Program-made: the position numbers and the translations under genes
Assembly (NCBI GenBank): GCA_937625935.1
Contig: OW569356.1
Location: 248,001-312,000, forward strand
From: Tetramitus jugosus
Lineage: Eukaryota; Protista; Heterolobosea
Direction: 5' to 3'
Length of the DNA stretch: 64,000 bases
Shown: piece after piece, positions 40,090 to 49,844 of the stretch
How the letters are laid out: the number at the start of each line of letters is the position of its first letter
How positions within the stretch are numbered: position 1 is the stretch's first letter
Notes under the pieces: generated by a model
What the model was told of the DNA's origin: nothing
The model's database searches: none
Seen by the model: the letters and a program-made list of their open reading frames with translations, nothing else

Positions 40090-41937
40090 ATGTTGAATTT
40101 TTTGAAGGAACACAATCGTTATCTCTCACTGAATGAAGGTGATGATCACCCATACGACGATGATGAAGAGAATAGCAACCATCGTCATAGCAATAATGAA
40201 GAATTGAATCTGTTGGGTTCTCATCATAATCACAACAACAGGGGCGTCACCACGCGAGCCAACAAGGCATCCCTATCACTGATTGTTCAACTACCAGATG
40301 ACACACTGGTCAACATTTTTTCATTCTTGTCTGTCGATACCATTCTCAATGTTTCTCTCGTTTGTCGCAATTGGTTCGAGCTAACCGAGTTGAACGTGTT
40401 TTGGAAACCGATATTTGAAAAGGCCATTTTCAACAGTTCTATTCCACGTTATGTCCTCTATCAACACAGAGCATCATCATGGTGGAAGACGATTCAAGAG
40501 AGATTTGATTTTAGTGAGAGAATGATACAGGCACCTCATGCCGCACCTCCCATCTTGCCTGTCACTGTACCTACTACTACAACTGCTGCTGCCAATAATA
40601 ATAATAACAATAACAATAGCAATGGTGATGACATTGATGATGATGATGACAGTGGTGATGAAAATGGTGGTGATTACAATAGCAACACTAGTCTTCAGAT
40701 ATCAAAGCGCGGAAGACGACAATTGTATGATATGATCAATCGACTCGTCTATGAAAAGTACTACAAGGGACAATCGACTCAATACCTTCATCACTTGTCA
40801 ACACCACTGTATTACAAGACTTGTTACTACTATCTGCATGGTTATCAAGTCGTTGGAACGAGAAGGTACGTGCGTCAACAAGAGATTCAAAGAAAGGCTG
40901 CACGTTACAATGAGACGTGCACCACATGTGGAATGAATTATTTGCTGTATGCAGTTGTGCCATTGTCCACGCTGTTGTTCACACTGTTCATGATTGCATT
41001 GTTGTTGAAGGAAACAATAGGAGTACCAGAGTTTGTGAAGCAGATGATTAAGGAGAAAGAGCACAAGGATGGTCCAAAGATCAATGTGAATCAACATTCT
41101 GATCTTTGGTGGTTCCCAGTGTTCTTGCCCTTTTTTGCTGGATTGGCGCTATGGTACATTTTGCTCCTACAGGTCAATGTGAAGCACTTTGTCCGGTATT
41201 TGAGTCACATTCGACAGAATTATAAGATTGTTTCCTATGCCATCATTGTATTTGCCTATTTCACAAGTGTCATCATGTTTAGTGTACTAGGCATGCTTGC
41301 ACTCATGTTTCCATATGACAAGAAGGCAAGCATAGAGAATTGCAAGTGGATCTGGTTGCGGAAGATATCACACAACGATTTGTTGCTCTTATCGCCGATT
41401 GTTGCAGGTATTATACTCGTGAATTTCATTTGGCCTCTATTGCAGTTTATTGTGTTCTCTATCCGACGCAGAGGCAATTGCATTTCAGTCAACTGTTTAC
41501 GCAAGAGTGTTTTCCAATTGTTTGTCTACGGTGGAGGCATTATCTGTCTGATCATGTTCATTGCTGTGATGATATCGAATTATACGGAGACCGAGCAACA
41601 AAAGGAGAAGGGAGGAAGCAAACTCACCTACTTGTTCCAAAACTTGGCCTTTGTTCCTCTGTATCTCATCCAGATTGCCATTGTGGGGCTGTTCATGTTC
41701 CTATTTTATCGGTTGTGGTACTCTGTACCTCTGGCTGTTCGGTTCAAAGTTCGGGTGTCCTGTAGCGTTCTGGCCGTATTGATCGTGCTCTCCACAGCAA
41801 TGCTTATTTCATTTGAGCTCCTGCTTGCGATTCGAGGATTGTCTGTTTACCTCTTAATCCCTCTCATCCCTCTTCCAACAGCTCTTTGCTCCATATTCTA
41901 TACTATCCTTTATTTGAAGAGAGTGTTGTTCGGGTGA
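40090..41937 (+). CDS. F-box protein with multi-pass transmembrane C-terminal half
   Basis: F-box LPDDTLVNIFSFLSVDTILNVSLVCRNW..FW, then about 8 hydrophobic helices including WWFPVFLPFF and AFVPLYL. Confidence 0.82.
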   Translation: MLNFLKEHNRYLSLNEGDDHPYDDDEENSNHRHSNNEELNLLGSHHNHNNRGVTTRANKASLSLIVQLPDDTLVNIFSFLSVDTILNVSLVCRNWFELTELNVFWKPIFEKAIFNSSIPRYVLYQHRASSWWKTIQERFDFSERMIQAPHAAPPILPVTVPTTTTAAANNNNNNNNSNGDDIDDDDDSGDENGGDYNSNTSLQISKRGRRQLYDMINRLVYEKYYKGQSTQYLHHLSTPLYYKTCYYYLHGYQVVGTRRYVRQQEIQRKAARYNETCTTCGMNYLLYAVVPLSTLLFTLFMIALLLKETIGVPEFVKQMIKEKEHKDGPKINVNQHSDLWWFPVFLPFFAGLALWYILLLQVNVKHFVRYLSHIRQNYKIVSYAIIVFAYFTSVIMFSVLGMLALMFPYDKKASIENCKWIWLRKISHNDLLLLSPIVAGIILVNFIWPLLQFIVFSIRRRGNCISVNCLRKSVFQLFVYGGGIICLIMFIAVMISNYTETEQQKEKGGSKLTYLFQNLAFVPLYLIQIAIVGLFMFLFYRLWYSVPLAVRFKVRVSCSVLAVLIVLSTAMLISFELLLAIRGLSVYLLIPLIPLPTALCSIFYTILYLKRVLFG

Positions 41938-42798
41938 ACGTGTTTTGTCAACCATTTTGCAGCCCTAAAATTGAGCCATCCATTTTTGCTTAGGACTAAT
42001 TCTCAACTGACTTACCCAGAATATGGATTTGAATAAAAGTAAAAGAATTTGACTTCAGTTTTAACAGAACAAGGTTAAAGAATGGGTTTCGAGAGTAGCT
42101 AACTGGAGATGAATATCCATGTATCAGAAGATGCAGGAAGACATGGTAATGGAGATCACCTTGGACAAACAAATCCAATTTTAATCAACGATATTGCTCA
42201 GAGTGAGAAGATGTACCAGAAGAACAGGCTGATATGCAAGAGAGAAGCGTATCCAGCAAATGTGAATACAACGGGCAATCTATACAAGTCAACACAACTG
42301 AAAAGGAAAGAAGATCAGCACAGTTACAACCAGTAAACATTACTGTCCTGACTTCTGATTCTGATGAATTTGCGCAATTACTGAACCGTTTCAACTTCAG
42401 GACAACGTGTTTCGAGGATTCTCCTTTCATCCACACTATCCTTTATTTGAAGAAAATGATGTTCGTGTGTAAGTGTTGCCAGCGGAATAGCGCAGTTAAA
42501 ATTGAGCCGTCCTTCCCTTTTCGTTCAACTGCTCTGACAGCTGAATGACCGCCAAAAGTCCCCTTCAAAAAGAACGATGTTTGTCCCTTGGAGTAGTCCA
42601 CCACCAGAACAACAAAAAGAACAGATTCAAATTATCACACGCCCAATATCCATACTCTTTTTATCACGCACATTCACATTACCTCAAACAAGCGTGACTG
42701 ACACAAAATAATAAAGTAACCAACGAACGAGACAAAATCAAACAAACAAACAGGATAGATTTGTTGTGTATCGTGTAAGAGACAGAGAGAAAGATAAA

Positions 42799-43673
42799 AT
42801 GGGCGCCAAACAATCAAAAACCACTTATTATTACTTTGGTGATTGTCAGCAACAACAACAGCAGCAGCAACACTCATCATCATCGACACTTGCTCTCGCC
42901 AATGTCAACATGGATGAAAGGGTGAAGATTTTGTTGTTGGGAACAGGTGAGGGAGGAAAGGCAACGATATTCAAGGTTTGTTCTTACTTGTTGTTGTTGT
43001 TGTTTTTTTAATTTTCCAATATGGAACATTTCACTGACACCAACCAACCAACCGAACCAACAAATGAAATACAAAAAACCAAATGATCATTTTTTTTCCC
43101 TCATACACACATACACACACAGCAAATGATTCATCAATATGGCACAAAGAGAAAGAGAGACAGGACAAGTGACCAAGAAGAAGACAACTTTCTCAATTCA
43201 TATCAGAGTCTAGAAGTGCGTCGATCCTTCATACCCATCATCCATCGAAACTGCATACTCGCCATGTACAATCTCCTCCAAGGTGCTCTCCATGTCTTTC
43301 ACCTGCCCCTAGACATGACACCCAATTCTCCGACTAGGAATGCAGTGGACAGCATTGCTCTGGAGAGGGATCATGCCATTAGTTTTGAAGATTGGGCACT
43401 GTCTCAAACCATTGGTCGCATGATACAATTCCTATGGAATCACTGTCCAGAGATTCAAGAGGCATACAATAGGAGAAATGAACTGGAATTGGAGTACATG
43501 GACAGTGCGAGGTATTGGTTCACTGAGATTGATCGATTGATTGAGCCGTCCTATGTGCCAAAGATTGATGACATTATGCGCATGAGGGTCAAGACGACCG
43601 GTATCGTCGAAACAGAGTTGTTCTTGCCTATTCGAGTCAGAAGAAAACATCATCAACAACATCAATTGCAATT

Positions 43674-43709
<36 letters not shown>

Positions 43710-45321
43710 GTATTACAATAGCAACAATAGTACACAAGTGCTCTCTTCATCACCATCATTGCCATCCTCTCTGTCTCCGCCATTGTCATTACAGCATCAT
43801 CATCATCATCATCACAATAGTCATGGTAGTCACAATCAGCCATCGTCTCTCATGACCACGTTGGCCATGTCAGAAGAATGTGAAGCAGCAGTACATCAAG
43901 TTTCTCCTTCTTCTTCATTGGATGATCATCCAGTGGTGCGCAATCAACAACAACAACAACAACCACAACAACAACATCAGAACAACAATAATAACAACAA
44001 TCATCACCAACACCAACAACACCAACAACATCAAAATCATCAAATGGATGAAATGCTGTACAAGAAATCAACTCTTGTTCTTGTCGGATCACAGAGAAAT
44101 GAGCGAAAAAAGTGGATTCATGCGTTCGATGACGTGACAGCCATTGTGTTTGTGGTGGCCCTGTCAGAGTACAATCAACTCTTGTATGAGGATGGGAGAA
44201 CCAATCGAATGCACGAGAGTTTACTGCTGTTCCCAGAGATTGTCAATTCGAGAAGATTTGAAAACGTGCCCATCATTCTCCTGTTCAACAAGATTGACGT
44301 CTTCATGGAGAAGATTCAAAAGTTTGACTTGACGTGTGCCTTCCCTGACATACCAGACAACCTCAAGTTGGACAATCAACCGTGGAGAGATTTTGTGCCT
44401 CAGATTATTCAGGAGAAGATTGACATTGCATTTGAGAATATTTCACAGCAGTCGAGATGTCACAGAAAGTTGGCAGATGAGTTGAGAGATTATGAGGAAC
44501 AGAGAGGACCAGTCATGTCTGATGATGAGCTGGAGGAGGGAGATGAGAATCATCCGTCCAATAAGCGAAGCAAAGTGAGGCGATCTCTCGTCCCAAAGTT
44601 CATGAAGGGTCGAAAGAGCAAGAGAGTCGACACATCTCACACTGCACTTGTCCAAATGATCGAAGAGGCCAGTAAAGCAAGCAAAAGCAATGTGTGCACG
44701 CCGTTGGAGATAGGAATACAAAATCCGTTCGAGTTGTTTGATGAGGATTGTGACAGTTCTGCCGACACAGCAAGCGAAGCCAATAATTTATTTAAGGGGG
44801 TGGCATATGATGTGGTTCTGTATATATTCATGTTCTTAGAGCCGAAAGACCTTGTAGAGATCAATCTGGTGTGCCTTGATTGGTACAAAATATCCGAGTC
44901 AGATATCTTGTGGAGAACCTTCTGCCTGAGGTATCAAGCTGACTTGCAGGAGAGTGTCGTCATGAAGGTCTATCAACGATACAAGTCTGAATCTAGGGTA
45001 ACAGAGAGAGAAATCATCTCGGATAGCAATCAGAGAGAGTCTCAGATTCTTCGTTCTAATTCTCTCTCGATAATGCTTCCTAGTCAACGTGCATCGGAGG
45101 ATGAATACCGTTTATTAGAGAAAGGAGCATACAAGTATTATTATCAATTCGGAGAATTGTTTGTGAGCCGAAGTATAGCATTCATTGCAGACCAGTTTCT
45201 GAGACAAACGAATCGAAAGGAGGTAAGGACAGAAGTAACATGTGCCATTGATACAGTGGGATTCAAACCCATTATGGAGCGTGTGATCGCCGGCATACTG
45301 CGAACAAATAAACAAAAGTAA
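42799..45321 (+). CDS. Divergent heterotrimeric G-protein alpha subunit with internal F-box; exons 42799-42975 and 43123-45321
   Basis: [23 protein letters not shown]|[58 protein letters not shown]-box at 44788-44925, TCAID. Confidence 0.9.
42976..43122 (+). other. Spliceosomal intron (147 nt) in G-alpha gene
   Basis: AAG|GTTTGT...CACTGAC...CAG|CAA ATG restores TIFKQM. Confidence 0.9.
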
Positions 45322-45323
45322 TC

Positions 45324-46337
45324 TCATCTAATTTTTCGTAACTGTTGCTGCAGCAGTCGATTCTTCTCGCTCAAGTCACGCAAGGCTTCTTCCCGTTTGA
45401 GAAGCTTTTCTTCCACTTCGGCTTGAGCTTGAAGCGCTTGTGCTAATCTTTCTTCTATGATTTGGTGATTAAGTGAATGCCTATGAGGTTGAGAAGTTAA
45501 AATCGTTGTTGTGATGGTTGATCTCCTATTCTCTTCGATTAAGTCGTTAGGCTTATCTTCTCGGCTTAGATATAGATCGACGGATGTTGTGGGAATTGTT
45601 CGAGATTTTAGTCTCTCGCTTATTGAACTTTTGGTCCGTCCCGTAAACTTCGTGTTAGCCGAGAGATCAACTATCTCTGGCTTGGATTCATTTTTACGCA
45701 AGGGAGTAGAAAGACTGGATGATTTGTCCAATGTAAGTTTGCTTTTTGTTCCCTTCCGAAGTTGTTCTACTTCCAATATGTGAATTTCTTCTTGTTGTTT
45801 CACTAGCTCTTCTAAATCGGATACAGTTTGTTCCAGCCTTTTACACTCCAATCTCGATTTTAATAAAGCGTCCCTTACCTCGCTTAATTCCTGACCCATT
45901 ACATCTTTTGCCATCTTAAGTTTTTCATTCTCAACAGCCAACTCATCCTTCTCTCTTTGCAGTGCTTCATTCTTCGTTTTGAGATCTAATATCGTTATCG
46001 AGTGATTACTGTGCGTTTCAGCTGCAACCAACCGCAGTGAATTTTCATGTTTTCTCATCAGAACCTCCATAAAAGCATTGCTGTCATGTTCGGGTTCCTC
46101 CAAAATCGAAAGAAGAGCGTTATCTATTCTTTGCTTAGTTGTGGGGGGTGGATTTTGTTGCTCTTGAATAGGTTCAGGATGTCCTTGTTCCATCCTTACC
46201 TTCTGAGGCTGGACACGATCTGAGCTCGTGGATCTGGGGGATGATGTCGCTGTGAGGTGAGCTCTATTCAGACTCGGATCGTTTGGATTGATAAAAGTCC
46301 TCAAATTTAACTTTACAGTCTTCACATTGGACATCAT
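45324..46337 (-). CDS. Hypothetical coiled-coil protein
   Basis: 337-aa ORF with E/K/L heptad-rich segments; family not recognised. Confidence 0.7.
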   Translation of the reverse strand: MMSNVKTVKLNLRTFINPNDPSLNRAHLTATSSPRSTSSDRVQPQKVRMEQGHPEPIQEQQNPPPTTKQRIDNALLSILEEPEHDSNAFMEVLMRKHENSLRLVAAETHSNHSITILDLKTKNEALQREKDELAVENEKLKMAKDVMGQELSEVRDALLKSRLECKRLEQTVSDLEELVKQQEEIHILEVEQLRKGTKSKLTLDKSSSLSTPLRKNESKPEIVDLSANTKFTGRTKSSISERLKSRTIPTTSVDLYLSREDKPNDLIEENRRSTITTTILTSQPHRHSLNHQIIEERLAQALQAQAEVEEKLLKREEALRDLSEKNRLLQQQLRKIR

Positions 46338-46401
46338 TCCTCTCTTTTGGTTTTGTTACGCAACATAAAATATTTACTGACTGTGAATTTTTGGAGGGAA
46401 T

Positions 46402-48087
46402 TTATTGACCTAACTCTTGATCAATTTGCGCAAGCTCTTGCTTCATCTCGTCAATATTACTTCTGATATCATTGATTCTTGTCAGGAATCTATTTTTCAT
46501 AGTTGGATTGGGCGTGTTGGCGTGCTGACGCTCATTCTCCTCCAACTCTCTCTGTCTTTCCTCGAGACTAATAGCCACAGCGTTTCTTCGCTCGACCAAT
46601 CGATGCTTATCGATCATTTGGACTAATTCGGGAGATGCTACCTCTTCTTCTTCCTCATCATCGTCGTCAGCCATGGTGTGGTGATCATCGACATTCATCA
46701 TGGACTCGAACATTTCTTCATCGTCGTCTTCTTCTTCTTCAGATGCAGCATCACTTCTGGAGTCTTCGTCAAACGTACTGGACGTAGGACTCTTCTCTGA
46801 TACTGGTCCACCAAGCATTGAGGACATGAGCCCGCCTGATTGAGCGAACGCCGCAGCAAAATTGGTTGGTCCAGTGGTAGAGCTGGCCACTGAGACAGCA
46901 TCATCATCTGAATGACCAGAGAAACTATCGTCATTCATTTGAGACAGAGACGCGAACGAAGCCATATCCGATGTGCTATTGTTATCGTACATGGAAGGAG
47001 AGGACGTCGATGTGGTGACACGATTGCCCAGCAAGTAGGGCGTGAGAACAGATTGTCGTTGACCGCGTCCCTTGTTGGTCATTGCCGACGAAGAAGTGGA
47101 TGGACTTGCCAGAGCTACATTACTTGCCAGTGTGGATGGTATGGATGGTCGGTCCTCATCTGAGGAATCCTCGTCGTCCGATGATCCAGACGAAGAGTCA
47201 GTGTCACTGGAGAAGTCATCAAACTCGTCTTCCTTGTCCGTCAGCACCTCTATAATCACATCTTGCTCATCCTCCTTTGTCATCTCATTGAACTGATCAA
47301 CCATGTGCTTAATGTCACTCTTTGAAGCATCCAGTGTCCTTGCTTCATAGTGATGATAAATGTTGTGAGTGCTGGGCGTGATACCAGACATGGAAGACAA
47401 CAACAATCGCTTCCTCTTCTTCTTCTTCAGTTTGTTCATGTGAGCGTGAATGTGATGATCAGTGTTGTGCGTACCACTAGTACCAGTAGTAGTTGCACTG
47501 TGATGATCCATGGAAGACGCAGCTTCTCTCTGTCTTTTCATACTATTCAATTCCTTGTCCAACTGTTCTCTAGTCTTGACTAGAATCATTTGAGAGACGT
47601 CTCCTGCTTTAAAATACGTTTGATAATCAATGGACTTGTATGCTTCGATAATGCATGGCATATCCAACAACTCACAAGGATAGTATTCGTCTCGGAAGCG
47701 CAATCGGCCTCTTCTGTGTTTTTTGATTGTGTATTCCACATCGGATATATAACCATCATCATCATTATTATTATTATCAATCATACTATTGTTGGTGCTA
47801 TTGTTGGTACTATTGTGATGAAGGTGGTGGCCACTGCCATTCATTTGACTGTTGCTATCCTTGTTGTTATTTTTTTCAGTGTCCTTCTTGGGTTTGGAAA
47901 TGATGGCACTCTTCAAGAATTGAAGTATACTCGGATCATCACCAAACGCAATATCAAGATCCAACTCAATCAATTTACTAGAGTCTTTGGATGTATCGTG
48001 ATTCTGAAGTAGTGTATGAATTTTGGAGGCGAGTTCAGGTGGTACTCTCAGGATGCATTGTTGTTCTTCAATCTTGTTCGCTGACAT
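46402..48087 (-). CDS. TAF7: TFIID subunit TAF7
   Basis: EEQQCILRVP, LLDMPCIIEAYKSID..YFKAGDVSQMILV and SGITP (TAFII55_N); acidic region; C-terminal NPTMKNRF coiled coil. Confidence 0.88.
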   Translation of the reverse strand: MSANKIEEQQCILRVPPELASKIHTLLQNHDTSKDSSKLIELDLDIAFGDDPSILQFLKSAIISKPKKDTEKNNNKDSNSQMNGSGHHLHHNSTNNSTNNSMIDNNNNDDDGYISDVEYTIKKHRRGRLRFRDEYYPCELLDMPCIIEAYKSIDYQTYFKAGDVSQMILVKTREQLDKELNSMKRQREAASSMDHHSATTTGTSGTHNTDHHIHAHMNKLKKKKRKRLLLSSMSGITPSTHNIYHHYEARTLDASKSDIKHMVDQFNEMTKEDEQDVIIEVLTDKEDEFDDFSSDTDSSSGSSDDEDSSDEDRPSIPSTLASNVALASPSTSSSAMTNKGRGQRQSVLTPYLLGNRVTTSTSSPSMYDNNSTSDMASFASLSQMNDDSFSGHSDDDAVSVASSTTGPTNFAAAFAQSGGLMSSMLGGPVSEKSPTSSTFDEDSRSDAASEEEEDDDEEMFESMMNVDDHHTMADDDDEEEEEVASPELVQMIDKHRLVERRNAVAISLEERQRELEENERQHANTPNPTMKNRFLTRINDIRSNIDEMKQELAQIDQELGQ

Positions 48088-48318
48088 ATGGCGTGTGTTG
48101 TGTTGATTTGATTGATTTGATTGATCACTGCTTATTTGCCTTTTTGTTGTTTGATTTTTTTTTCACTCCGGCAATTTTCGTTTGCATGAATTGGCGGTTT
48201 GGATCGGCGGAATACACTCGTTGGATATAAATGAATACAGTAAAAAAGATGGGACACTTTATTTACGATAATTTCACATGTGGCGTGTCCATATATTGAA
48301 TCTACATGAACTTCATAT

Positions 48319-49689
48319 TTAGTTGGGAGTTGCTGGAGAAGTTGCGACCACTCCATACTCATCTCCATCCTCATCCACACCCAGAGTATAGCTCGTGCTT
48401 GGCTCGTTATTTTCATTGCTTACATTCTCAGAAACGTCAAGTAGGTCATTGTTGTTCTCAGATGAAGCTGGAGTAAATTGGAAGTAGTTGTCAACTGGTT
48501 GTTCTTCTTCTTCTTGTTCACCAGATGTAGCGGCTGAAGGTGGTGCGTCTGTGGACGAGGATCCTTGTTGCGCATTCTCCAGAGTCTCTTCTCCCTTCAA
48601 TTGAGTGCTCTCAGTCTTGACGTCGCTTGCAAATGAGAACCATGAGGTCTTGATTGCGGTCCATGCACCTTGTCCTGCAGTGTACAGTCCTTCCTTGGCT
48701 GCATTAGTCGCTGCAATTCCCTGCTTCACAGTCTCGTTCTCCCACACTTGAGAATTGTTAATCCTTTCCTTCATTTCACCCACTTTTTCCTTTGTAGTGT
48801 GAAGCACAGGTGCAGTGACTTGTGCAGTCTTCTCTCTGGCTGCACCCAACATTGGTTGTAGCTTTTGAGTAGTGGACTCCCATGTCATCTTTGTAGTGCT
48901 GACAATGGGTTGTGTGGACTCTGCAATCTGTTGACGCAAGTCCTTTGTCTGTTCGTCCAACTCTTTTGACTTTTCCCTCATTTCGTCCAGTGCTTGCTGA
49001 CTCTTGACATATCCCATGGCAATCAGTGAAATGGCCTTGTCATATGCACTTTGCTTCTCCTGTAAATGTTCCAAATATGACTGTTTGCTACTGTTGCTAC
49101 TGTTGCGATTGGTGTGTTGACTGCTGCTGCTGGAACCATGTCCAATAAATTCACGATAGGATACAACACTGATTGTCTGATCATTCAAAATGGCTTGATC
49201 TATCATGAGGTCAGATCAAATGGAAATCAAATGAAAATCAAACAGAATGGTGGGTTATCGTGGTGATCACGTCGTGTCAGTCAATATACATCATCATCAT
49301 CATTTGATAATAATAATAGTGTGTGAAGAAGACAAAAAAAAATGAGACGCCACACATAGCACACACATACTCAACAATACAGCAGTAGAAAAGGCTGCTT
49401 CATCTTCCAACACGACAACAGCAAACAACTGTTCTCTCTGATTCTGATTCAAAATAATTTTCTCGACACCGCCGCAAAAGGTGAAGAATTCGTTGAGTTG
49501 CTTAATGGATACATCGTCACTCAAGTCATACACAATGACAGCACAGTTCAATTGATGTGGTGTCAAGATGTGAAGACCAGCGTTTCTAATTGCTTCTTGA
49601 GTTAATACAAATGGTTGTCTCATGGTTGGTGGTTCATGACTGTTGCTGGCAGAGGATGTAGCAGCTGATGACGATGATGATGGCATCAT
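48319..49689 (-). CDS. RRM-domain protein (Vip1/BPA1-like); exons 49371-49689 and 48319-49199
   Basis: LNEFFTFCGGVEKI..AVV..EDEAAFSTAVLL|NQAILNDQTISV, then AMGYVKSQQAL. Confidence 0.75.
49200..49370 (-). other. Spliceosomal intron (171 nt) in RRM gene
   Basis: GTATGT donor; the first AG gives in-frame AVLLNQAIL. Confidence 0.85.
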
Positions 49690-49844
49690 ATTGTTGTGGT
49701 TGTGATTGAGTCTGATCGGTAAGATTGTTGTGTGCGAGTGATTTTTGTGTTTATTGAAGTTCTTCTCTTTAGAAGGAATCTCGATGGAAGAATCACATTC
49801 CAAAAATAAGATGGAAGGAGAAAAGCCCGTTTTGGTATTCTCTG

